From Candidatus Paracaedimonas acanthamoebae (lineage in GTDB: Bacteria > Pseudomonadota > Alphaproteobacteria > Caedimonadales > Caedimonadaceae), in contig CP008936.1 in assembly GCA_000743035.1 (NCBI GenBank), positions 30,001 to 62,000 on the forward strand: a DNA stretch of 32,000 nt, given 5' to 3'. Below are positions 7,493 through 15,942 of this stretch, piece after piece (the first letter of the stretch is position 1; each line of letters opens with the position of its first letter). Both the position numbers and the translations under genes were made by a program. A model generated the notes under the pieces. The model searched no databases and was not told the DNA's origin. It saw nothing but the letters and a program-made list of their open reading frames with translations.

Positions 7493-9382
7493 TCAGTTTA
7501 AGCTTGGTTTGAAAGTGCTATACCACATTTGGAGAGAAAGCGCACCCCATAAATCTCGGCTAAAACCTTGGTCATTATTTAACAAATTTTCAACATATTT
7601 CTTCTGGAAAAGGTTCTCAGGATTATTATTGAGTAGAGTATCGTGCAAGAAACCTTTGAGTTCATTTTTAGCCCATACATCTAAGGGAACAGGAAAACCT
7701 TTTTTATCAGTTCTATTTAATACTTTTGGCGGAAGATATTCTGAAATTGCTTTCGTAAAGATGTATTTCATCTTACCATCTTTAATCTTGAGCGTATCAG
7801 GAATACTAAACGCATATTCAACAAGTCGATAATCTAGTAAGGGGACTCGTGATTCAATACTATTTGCCATGCTGACCCGATCCTCAACATGCAATAACGA
7901 TTGTAAATGGGTTTTTAGATCAAAATACATGTTTTGACTAAAAAGAGAATTTTCAAAGCGGTTACCATAAATCAAGGAAAATTCTTCATAAATTCTTTCT
8001 TGGTTAAAGGACAAATCGCATGCCAAAAAATTGGAGGATTGTTTGAAGCGGTTAATAAGATGAAAATATCTGGCGCTGTTTTCTTCAAATAGACCTTTAG
8101 ACCAATAAGAACGCAACATAGGGACGTAACTTGATAGAACGCTTAAATTATTTTCTAAGTCGCCTAGTTTATAAGAAGTAACATTAGAAGTCGTTGAAGG
8201 AAGTATCGCTTTTTTAATTGCTTGTTCTAAGGCAAAAATAAGGTATCGAGCATACCCACCAAATATCTCATCTCCTCCTTGCCCACCAACAACAACTCTT
8301 AAGTGCTTAGAAACTTCTTGGGAAATTAAATATTGAGGAAAAACTCCTGGGCCCGCAGCTGGTTCATCCATGTGCCAAATGATCTTTTGTAAATGTTGCT
8401 GAAATTCAGAAGCAGAGATGTATTTAACAATATGTTCTGCATCAGTTACTTTCGCAACTTCTCTCGCGTATTCTGTTTCATCGTAAGCAAGACCTTCTTG
8501 GAAAGCACCCGTAAAAACTTTTATATGCGCTTGAGGAAAGTGAGAACGCATAAGAGAAGTGACAGCTGAAGAATCTAGCCCACCAGAGAGATAAGCTCCT
8601 ACAGGTACATCTGCAGTCATATGAATATTTACGGATTGTGAAATTAATTCTTTTAGTTCTTCGGTGATGACTTCTTCGCTTTTATGATGAACTTGTTCTT
8701 GGGGAACATCCCAATATTGATTTATCTGTAAACCTTTATCAGGTGAAAAAATAAGATTATAGCCAGGTTCAAGTTTTTTGATATTTTCAAAAAGGGTTTT
8801 ATTCCCCAGCGTAAATTGAAAAGTTAAATATTCTTCTAAAGCAGGTTTGCAAACAATGGGGGCAATAATTTTTGTTGCTAAAATAGCTTTAATTTCTGAG
8901 GCAAAAACAAAGTTTTTGCCATCATCATAGTAATAAAAAGGTTTGATGCCTAAGCGATCTCTTGAGCAGAAAAGTAAATTTTTTCTTTGGTCATATAAAG
9001 CAAAGGCCCACATTCCATTGAAATAATTTACGCAATTTTCTCCCCAATGGAGGTATGCCTTTAATATAACTTCGGTGTCAGAATTGGTTTTAAAAGAGTA
9101 TCCTTCTTGAATGAGTAAAGCTCTGATTTCTTTATAATTAAAAATACATCCATTAAAAATAATTTGATTTCCGGAGGCGTGGCAAGCCATGGGTTGTTGA
9201 GCATGACCGGGATCAATAATAGATAAAATAACATGACCAAGACCAAGAGTTTTATCTAATGTAATAAAGGTACCTTGTCCATCTGGTCCCCGATAAGTGA
9301 TAGTTTGAAGCATTTTCTTTAAGGTTAAAAGAATGTCCTCATCTGAAAAATCTTTAGAATAAATCCCAACAATACCACACAT
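7493..9382 (-). CDS. asnB: Asparagine synthetase B-type glutamine-dependent amidotransferase (glycan-cluster paralogue)
   Basis: 629 aa. The N-terminal MCGIVGIY gives the Cys2 nucleophile of class II glutamine amidotransferases. SGGLDSS is the PP-loop ATP pyrophosphatase motif. Length and layout are typical of AsnB. The ATG lies 1 nt after the stop of the upstream glycosyltransferase gene. Confidence 0.85.
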   Translation of the reverse strand: MCGIVGIYSKDFSDEDILLTLKKMLQTITYRGPDGQGTFITLDKTLGLGHVILSIIDPGHAQQPMACHASGNQIIFNGCIFNYKEIRALLIQEGYSFKTNSDTEVILKAYLHWGENCVNYFNGMWAFALYDQRKNLLFCSRDRLGIKPFYYYDDGKNFVFASEIKAILATKIIAPIVCKPALEEYLTFQFTLGNKTLFENIKKLEPGYNLIFSPDKGLQINQYWDVPQEQVHHKSEEVITEELKELISQSVNIHMTADVPVGAYLSGGLDSSAVTSLMRSHFPQAHIKVFTGAFQEGLAYDETEYAREVAKVTDAEHIVKYISASEFQQHLQKIIWHMDEPAAGPGVFPQYLISQEVSKHLRVVVGGQGGDEIFGGYARYLIFALEQAIKKAILPSTTSNVTSYKLGDLENNLSVLSSYVPMLRSYWSKGLFEENSARYFHLINRFKQSSNFLACDLSFNQERIYEEFSLIYGNRFENSLFSQNMYFDLKTHLQSLLHVEDRVSMANSIESRVPLLDYRLVEYAFSIPDTLKIKDGKMKYIFTKAISEYLPPKVLNRTDKKGFPVPLDVWAKNELKGFLHDTLLNNNPENLFQKKYVENLLNNDQGFSRDLWGALSLQMWYSTFKPSLN

Positions 9383-9383
9383 A

Positions 9384-10598
9384 TTATTTCTCTAATTCTG
9401 TATATAAATTTAAAAGTTTCTTTTCTTGTGCTGGCCAACCAATCTCAATTTCTGCTTGTAAAAAATTTTCAAGGGGAAAATAGTCGTTAGCTTTAAGCTC
9501 TAACATATTTTTAATGGCCTCAGCTATGCTTAATGGAGTTAACATAGAATGAGTTTTTCCAATTTTGTAACCATCTACAAATTTTACAAGTTCGGGAAGA
9601 TTAGAGGCACAAATTGGAACTCTGGCATGAATATATTCAAACAACTTATTAGGTGTACAATAATGATTATTTAAAATTTTATCTCCTAAATAAGGGATAA
9701 TACCTAAATCTGCTTTTTTTAGTATGCTGATCAATTCCGATTGAAGAACCCAATCGTGAAAAATTACATTACTCAAGTTATTCTTGGTAACTATTTCTTG
9801 AAGATTTTGTTTTAAAGGGCCTTCTCCAAGAAACAATAAAGTAGCTTGATCTTTTAAATATTCAAAAGCCAAAGTTAAATTTTCTAGATTCCGTTCTTTT
9901 CCAAGTGAACCTTGAAATAAAACGAGATTTTTTGTTTTTTTTGCTGAAAGGAATAAAGGATTGATGGCATCGAAACCTGATTGCTTTTGAAAAGGGGAGA
10001 TTCCGTAGGAATTTAAAATGGTAATAATGTTAGAATTAGTAATTCTTTTGCTTAAAATAGTTTTAATACTATCATTGACGGCAATAATGGCATCAACTCT
10101 TTTACACAATTTAACTTCTAATTTGTTCCATGAATTTGCCTCAATCCGTAGAGGAAATTGTTCTCCCCAAAGCTCATGAGAATCATATAGAACTTTTTTA
10201 ACCTTAAGTCGGTGCCTTAAGATATATGCTGCTTTTAAAGTTGAAAGATCATGAGCGTGTATATAATCAAATTCTTCACATGGTGTATTTTTAATCAAAT
10301 ATTTGGTTGTCTTGTAAAATTCAATATAACGCCTGTAAATAAATTTTATAAAATTTGCGACCGGTGTAGCTAATAAAGAACAGATACATGTAAAAATTTT
10401 TTGTTTTTTAGAAGGTATTTGATTAAATGCTTGATGAATAATGCGGATAGAGGGGCTCACTTCTGCTTTAAAGTCACCTTGGATAGGAACAGAAACGAGA
10501 GTAACAGAATATTTTTTAGCATCCAGGGCATTTAGCTGTGCAATAATTCTTCGATCTAATGAAAAACTATGAGCCGAAAGAACTAAGATTTTTTTCAT
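9384..10598 (-). CDS. Glycosyltransferase, GT4 (GT-B fold) family
   Basis: 404 aa. N-terminal KILVLSAHSFSLDRRIIAQLNAL, then IHAHDLSTLKAAYIL...VLYDSHELW, and a C-terminal WbuB-like motif YCTPNKLFEYIHARVPICASNLPEL. Paralogous to the neighbouring 508-aa ORF. Confidence 0.75.
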   Translation of the reverse strand: MKKILVLSAHSFSLDRRIIAQLNALDAKKYSVTLVSVPIQGDFKAEVSPSIRIIHQAFNQIPSKKQKIFTCICSLLATPVANFIKFIYRRYIEFYKTTKYLIKNTPCEEFDYIHAHDLSTLKAAYILRHRLKVKKVLYDSHELWGEQFPLRIEANSWNKLEVKLCKRVDAIIAVNDSIKTILSKRITNSNIITILNSYGISPFQKQSGFDAINPLFLSAKKTKNLVLFQGSLGKERNLENLTLAFEYLKDQATLLFLGEGPLKQNLQEIVTKNNLSNVIFHDWVLQSELISILKKADLGIIPYLGDKILNNHYCTPNKLFEYIHARVPICASNLPELVKFVDGYKIGKTHSMLTPLSIAEAIKNMLELKANDYFPLENFLQAEIEIGWPAQEKKLLNLYTELEK

Positions 10599-12093
10599 TT
10601 TGAGCGAAAAGTGTTTGAATAATGTTAATAAAAATAGGAGATTCTTGCTCCCAAGAAAATTTATTTTTCTGTTGCCTTAGAGCTTCTTTAGCCTGCTTTT
10701 TGTCAAGCCGAATCATTTTTTCTAAATTTCTACTAATACTTTTTGCTGAGCTAAAATCAGCTTCAATAGCGCACTCCTGAAATTCTGAGAGCATTTTTTT
10801 TACTTGAAAAAGATGCTTATTATAAAGAATAGGAAGTTCTGCTTGTATAAATTCAAACATTTTATTTGGAGTGCAATAGGTTGTGTTAAAATCACAAGCA
10901 GGATAAGGAATAATCCCAAAATCAGCTGAGGAAGAAATTCGAATCAGATCTTCTTGAGAAACGGCCTCTAAGAGATGGATGTTCTTATTACCACGAATCA
11001 TCGTTTCAATTTCTTTTTTAAAAAGAGGATCATATATCCCTAAAATAACAAGATGAAAATCATTCCTCTTTAGAGCTAGTACACCTCTGATCATTTCTTT
11101 AATATTTCGATTCTTAAGAACACCCCCCTGGTAAAGCCCAATCGTGTCATTTTTCGAAATATTTAACATTTCCCGAAGGACATTGCTTTTGTAGGTTGGA
11201 GACATTCTAGAGACATTATGTATAATGTAAGGGAGAGAGATATTATACTTTTTTTTCATTAACTCAGCAAAAGTGTCATTAATTGTAATAACGGCCGAGC
11301 ATTTTTTAATGTATTCTTGCTCTACTTCCATCATTATTTTTTTTTGTAAAGAAGAAAAAGCTTTTTGCTCATAATAAAACTCATGAGCATCATAAAGAAA
11401 AGGAACCCCTTTTTCTTCAGCAAGTAAAGCGCCTGCTTTGAGAGATGGTAAATCATAGGAAATAACAAGGTTAGCTTTATATGGTTTAGCTGTGTTGTAA
11501 AATACTAGATCAAAAGGGAGAGGCATATAAATTCCCTTGGGTCTATACTTTAAAGCTAAATGAAAATTGTACAATAAACTATTTAAACGTGTAAATACTT
11601 TCTTCTTATACAGATAATTCACAGGTAAGAGTATACTTCTTTTTAATAAATTCTTTACCGTTACTCTATATTTTTTTGCGAAAGTCCTTATAGAAGGGGT
11701 GCTCTTGTCTTGCTCAGAAAAGGGAATTGTTCTTAAGCGAAAATTTAAACGATGAATTGTATTTTCTATGTAATAATACCGCTTATAAAATGACCAATAT
11801 GCAATACAATCAGGGATAATTTGTGATAATCCAAAACGATGAATATAGAAAAGATCATGAACCTTTTCTACGGAACTTTCACTGCTTTTGGCTAAGCAAA
11901 CAAGCAGAACTTGCATCCCTAGGGTATTGAGAGTTTCAATTTGTTGTGCAACTCTTCGATCAAGATCTTGATCATGACAAATCATAACAACTTTTTTATG
12001 GTTAGTTTGTAGATTCCACTCTTCAAGAATCTGTTTTGGAACTAATGAGTTAATAATTTCTTGTTTATATAATTGAAAGGCATTAGTGGTCAT
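10567..12093 (-). CDS. Glycosyltransferase, GT4 (GT-B fold) family, with an enlarged N-terminal half
   Basis: 508 aa. Motifs VVMICHDQDLDRRVAQQIETLNTLG, FLYDAHEFYYEQ and YCTPNKMFEFIQAELPILYN match the 404-aa paralogue in the same order. Its 3' end overlaps the next start by 32 nt. Confidence 0.75.
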   Translation of the reverse strand: MTTNAFQLYKQEIINSLVPKQILEEWNLQTNHKKVVMICHDQDLDRRVAQQIETLNTLGMQVLLVCLAKSSESSVEKVHDLFYIHRFGLSQIIPDCIAYWSFYKRYYYIENTIHRLNFRLRTIPFSEQDKSTPSIRTFAKKYRVTVKNLLKRSILLPVNYLYKKKVFTRLNSLLYNFHLALKYRPKGIYMPLPFDLVFYNTAKPYKANLVISYDLPSLKAGALLAEEKGVPFLYDAHEFYYEQKAFSSLQKKIMMEVEQEYIKKCSAVITINDTFAELMKKKYNISLPYIIHNVSRMSPTYKSNVLREMLNISKNDTIGLYQGGVLKNRNIKEMIRGVLALKRNDFHLVILGIYDPLFKKEIETMIRGNKNIHLLEAVSQEDLIRISSSADFGIIPYPACDFNTTYCTPNKMFEFIQAELPILYNKHLFQVKKMLSEFQECAIEADFSSAKSISRNLEKMIRLDKKQAKEALRQQKNKFSWEQESPIFINIIQTLFAQNEKNLSSFGS

Positions 12094-12095
12094 AT

Positions 12096-13184
12096 TTATT
12101 TTTGCCCCTCTAATTCTTTAAAAAGTTTACTAAGTATATGAAAAATATAGTTTTTTTTTCTCATATTGTAACTTTCTAAATTAATTTCTTGGTTGTAAAT
12201 AAACCATTTCGGTATTTTTGTCCAATCATCTTTATTTGCACGAATCCGCGGGAGTAAAAACTGAATTCCCTGAGACCATTTTTGAGCAATATATTTGGGT
12301 TCTTCTTCAAGAAGGGTGGTTTGATTTAAATTTGGCCTACTCTGTTTGGCAACAGGAACAGATTCGTAAGGATATATCTCAAGCTCTCTTGTGATATTAT
12401 TATTTCTTGGTTTTTTATTCTTAGAAAATATGGCGATGCATTCATTACAATTTGGGCGATCTTGAATATGACTAACCTCTAAATCAAAATAAACCTTAGA
12501 GAGAATATCTAGCATTTTACCTTCAAGGGCATTGCCTTTTGTTAACTTGCTTGAACAGAGGGGGCAGCATGCATGAGGCCATGTTTTTAGGACGCCAAGC
12601 ATCGCACATATATCGTCATGAATAATTTGTGAATATGGTAATTGATCGCCAGAATAAATTATTTTCTCGCACTGAAAATTATCCTTTTGCAGTGCTAATA
12701 ACTTTTTAACATCAAAAGATCTTTGATGGTGATTGATATGAAAAATATGACCACAGTCACAACATTGGGTTTTATAGGCATCAAGGTTTTCCATAAAAGG
12801 CACGGTAATAATTACATAGTCTTTAGCAACTCTTATAAGTTCGCTAATGACAGTTTCATACTCATTTTCATAGATATGTTCGATAACATCATTGACCATA
12901 ACAAGATCATAAGAATTGTCTGCAAACGGAAGCGCTGAAAGATTTGCAACAACTTTGTTACAACCCAAATTTTTTATAGCTTGATAGCTCCAATCAAGCG
13001 CCGTTACATGATATTGAGGTGGTATTTTTTCGGTAATTAAACCATTCCCACATCCTGCATCTAAAATAGTTCTCACGCCCTCAGGAATGTTAGCAACAAT
13101 ATCAAAAAATACGTTTTTTTGATAAGAAGCTATTTCTGTATCCCATAAAGCCTCTTGTTGGTAATAAGCAATTTTATTTGACAT
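12096..13184 (-). CDS. Class I SAM-dependent methyltransferase with a Cys-rich insertion and a C-terminal extension
   Basis: SAM-binding motif I ILDAGCGNGLITEKI and post-I/II DLVMVNDVIEHI. Cys clusters: CCDCGH, CCPLC, CNEC. The ORF extends to GTG 13235. I prefer ATG 13184 (MSNKIAYYQQ), which overlaps the wzt stop by 11 nt (ATGTCAAATAA). Confidence 0.75.
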   Translation of the reverse strand: MSNKIAYYQQEALWDTEIASYQKNVFFDIVANIPEGVRTILDAGCGNGLITEKIPPQYHVTALDWSYQAIKNLGCNKVVANLSALPFADNSYDLVMVNDVIEHIYENEYETVISELIRVAKDYVIITVPFMENLDAYKTQCCDCGHIFHINHHQRSFDVKKLLALQKDNFQCEKIIYSGDQLPYSQIIHDDICAMLGVLKTWPHACCPLCSSKLTKGNALEGKMLDILSKVYFDLEVSHIQDRPNCNECIAIFSKNKKPRNNNITRELEIYPYESVPVAKQSRPNLNQTTLLEEEPKYIAQKWSQGIQFLLPRIRANKDDWTKIPKWFIYNQEINLESYNMRKKNYIFHILSKLFKELEGQK

Positions 13185-15018
13185 GAACGCTGGCCTTGAA
13201 AGGTTGAATACAAATACCTCGTTCAAATTTCTCACTTAAGGGATCAAATATTTGAAAAAAGTACGATCTATCAATCAAGTGATAAGCTTCTGATTCTAGC
13301 CGGTCATATCTTAAATTTTTAAAAATAGCTACGCTTGCTACGTAATGACCATTCCCTAAAAACAATTTATCTATAGCAAAAGAAAATACCCCAGAATTCT
13401 CTATCAAGGCTTGATTAAGATCTGAGGTATTCGAGAGGAATTGAGCAATACATTTTCCATCGTTACTGTAAATGCAAAAGACAAATACCGGGTTCATGAC
13501 AGGAGAATTTGCAGTATAATGAAGCTCTATTGTAAGAGATTTTCCAGAGATTAAAACCCTTTTATCTTCATTGTCTTGGATCAATTTAACTTGTGTTAAC
13601 TCTATTTCTTTTGAGCCTTTTTCATATTTGGAAGAGTCTTGTAATACTGTCGATTCGGTAGAAGAAGAGAGTGTAGGAGATTCTATAATGCCATTTTCAT
13701 CATTTTCTTCTGGAGAGTTTAGAACTTCATTGGTTTGCACCAAGCTAAAAGGAAAAATTATTTTATGAGTATCGTTTTTTGTTGGAGTTAATTTTCCAAC
13801 TTGCTGGTAAGCATTCAAATTTTCCATAAATATTTCAATGGAACCCACGACATTGGAGGAATAAGTAACTTCTAAAGAAAGTTCATTCTTTGATGTTAAA
13901 TAATTTTCAGGCAATAGGAATTGAAATGGAGCATGCTGAAATTTAGAATTTCTATCATAAACGGCCCTAAAGGAGCCAAATTCATCCTTCTCACGCTCGC
14001 CCCAATCCATATCCTTTTTTGAATAAAGAATATATGCAGGTAAAGATGTATCATCATCATAAGTAGAGCCTGGGATTAACTCATTAATGATTTTATCATT
14101 ATGGAGAATACTGATCTTATAAATTCTTATAGGTTGATCATTCAATGGCTGCCCATCACCATAAATACGGAACAATATAGGTTCATCTATAGAGGTAGAT
14201 TTCATGGGTGAAATATGACTACGGGAAATCTTCATTTCTTTAGATTTTAACCTGAGTTCTTCTTTTTTATGAGAATAGCTAGCATATTCTTTCACAATGG
14301 AAAGAGGATCACCATCTGCAATAATTTGGCCATTTTTGATCCAAATACATCTGTTACATAAATGTTGGATACTGCTCATATCATGAGAGACAAAAATAAC
14401 CGTAATATTATTATTTTCTGTGAGGTTCTTCATGCGTTCAATGCATTTACCCGTAAAATAAGCATCTCCAGCACTTAAAACCTCATCAACCACCATAATT
14501 TCAGGTTCTATCGCAGTTGTTACTGAGAATGCTAACCTCGCGAACATTCCAGAAGAATAAGTCTTTATGGGATGATATATAAAATCTTCAAGTTCAGAAA
14601 AATCAATGATATCCGCTCTTTTTTGTTCTATTTCCTTTTCTGGTATTCCGTGAATGGCAAGATAAGTGTAAATATTGTCGTATCCTGTCATATCGGAATG
14701 AAACCCAGTCCCTAATTCTAGAAAGCTTTGAATTTTTCCTTCAATGCGAACGACCCCCGTTGAAGGGTGTGCGTTTCCTGAGATTATTTTTAGAAGGGTA
14801 CTTTTTCCCGCGCCATTTTCTCCAATAATTCCTAATCTCTCGCCTTTTTTAACAAATAAATTTATATCATTAAGGGCATAGACTTCTCTCTTGGAAATGT
14901 GTTTCCAAGGCATTAGCTTACCCAGGCCGCTTAAATCAATGAATTTATCACTATTATTTTCATAAAGAGTGTATTTCTTGCTTAACTTTTCAATATAAAG
15001 AGAAAATTGATTAGACAT
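13174..15018 (-). CDS. wzt: Polysaccharide ABC exporter ATP-binding subunit (Wzt/TagH type) with a ~380-aa C-terminal extension of two extra domains
   Basis: Walker A GENGAGKST, signature YSSGMFARLAFS, Walker B IMVVDEVLSAGD, H-loop VSHD. The C-terminal ~140 aa (VKLIQDNEDKRVLISGKSLTIELHY...LGNGHYVASVAIF) resemble the Wzt glycan-binding beta-sandwich. The ORF opens at TTG 15075. ATG 15018 (MSNQFSLYIEKLSKKY) overlaps the wzm stop as ATGTCTAA. Confidence 0.85.
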   Translation of the reverse strand: MSNQFSLYIEKLSKKYTLYENNSDKFIDLSGLGKLMPWKHISKREVYALNDINLFVKKGERLGIIGENGAGKSTLLKIISGNAHPSTGVVRIEGKIQSFLELGTGFHSDMTGYDNIYTYLAIHGIPEKEIEQKRADIIDFSELEDFIYHPIKTYSSGMFARLAFSVTTAIEPEIMVVDEVLSAGDAYFTGKCIERMKNLTENNNITVIFVSHDMSSIQHLCNRCIWIKNGQIIADGDPLSIVKEYASYSHKKEELRLKSKEMKISRSHISPMKSTSIDEPILFRIYGDGQPLNDQPIRIYKISILHNDKIINELIPGSTYDDDTSLPAYILYSKKDMDWGEREKDEFGSFRAVYDRNSKFQHAPFQFLLPENYLTSKNELSLEVTYSSNVVGSIEIFMENLNAYQQVGKLTPTKNDTHKIIFPFSLVQTNEVLNSPEENDENGIIESPTLSSSTESTVLQDSSKYEKGSKEIELTQVKLIQDNEDKRVLISGKSLTIELHYTANSPVMNPVFVFCIYSNDGKCIAQFLSNTSDLNQALIENSGVFSFAIDKLFLGNGHYVASVAIFKNLRYDRLESEAYHLIDRSYFFQIFDPLSEKFERGICIQPFKASVHVK

Positions 15019-15802
15019 GGTCAAGAAGTTCTTTTTTAAATTTGTTAAAAAGGTATATGCCGAATAAAAGGACAAGACTACTCAAGCAAGCTAATTTTAT
15101 TAAATTCATAAATAAGATATTATTATAAATTAATAAATCTTGATAAAAAGAGATAAACCAACTTAGAGGATTATAGTTATTAATTGCCATCTTATTCCCT
15201 ACACTTGAAGCTCTGTAAGCAATAGGACTGATAAGCATGAGCAATAAGAGAAGTGGTTGAATAAAATTAACAATATCTTTAAAGAAAATAGATAAGGGAG
15301 AAAAGATTAATGCAAGTCCAATATTAAATATAATTTGAAAAGTATATACGACAAAAACCAGTAATATACTAAAAGAAAAAGATTTTAAATTAAAAATCAG
15401 GCAAGCAAATATTAAAAACAAAAAAGCTAAAGTATAAGTAACATAGGAGACTAAAACCGATTTTATAGGAATTAATGATATATCAAAAGAGCAGTTTTTA
15501 ATAAGGGAAAGATTAGACATGATTGAAACTGAAGATGTAGAAACTGCAGACGAAAAACTCAAGAATGGTAATAGGCCGGCTAATAGAATAAAAATGTATT
15601 CCAAAGAAGAAGTGCCAATGATATTTCGGCTGAATAAATGGGTATAAACAAAATAATAAGCTAATACTAAAATACAAGGTTGGATTAAAACCCACAATAA
15701 TCCAAGCACAGAACCTGCGTATTGTTGCCTAATGTCAATATTTACAAGTGAGTATAAAATACGTACGTGTTTAAGAAAATTGTTTAAATAATTCTTGTTC
15801 AT
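15011..15802 (-). CDS. wzm: Polysaccharide ABC exporter permease (ABC-2 type, Wzm/TagG)
   Basis: About 263 aa and highly hydrophobic, with about six predicted membrane spans. It sits immediately upstream of wzt and is translationally coupled to it. The ORF opens at TTG 15814; ATG 15802 (MNKNYLNNF) is the likelier start. Confidence 0.8.
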   Translation of the reverse strand: MNKNYLNNFLKHVRILYSLVNIDIRQQYAGSVLGLLWVLIQPCILVLAYYFVYTHLFSRNIIGTSSLEYIFILLAGLLPFLSFSSAVSTSSVSIMSNLSLIKNCSFDISLIPIKSVLVSYVTYTLAFLFLIFACLIFNLKSFSFSILLVFVVYTFQIIFNIGLALIFSPLSIFFKDIVNFIQPLLLLLMLISPIAYRASSVGNKMAINNYNPLSWFISFYQDLLIYNNILFMNLIKLACLSSLVLLFGIYLFNKFKKELLDHV

Positions 15803-15942
15803 ACAATAAGCCAATCAAAACATTGTCGTGTGGAATAAGAGGTAACCCATTTAAGTATAGCAACCTAAATAAATCTTATAACCAAACAAGACCTAAAAAG
15901 CTATATGATAATTAGGGTTTTCTATGAAGACAAAATTATATG

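Noticed and set aside
15019-15075. N-terminal extensions offered by the track: wzt from TTG 15075, methyltransferase from GTG 13235, wzm from TTG 15814, dnaK from TTG 23352, rhlE from TTG 22046, porin from TTG 26645, 564-aa gene from GTG 4105.
   Set aside because: In each case a nearby in-frame ATG gives the canonical family N-terminus, a stop/start overlap typical of coupling, or both. The non-ATG upstream starts are probably artefacts of longest-ORF calling. Residual uncertainty is a few codons.
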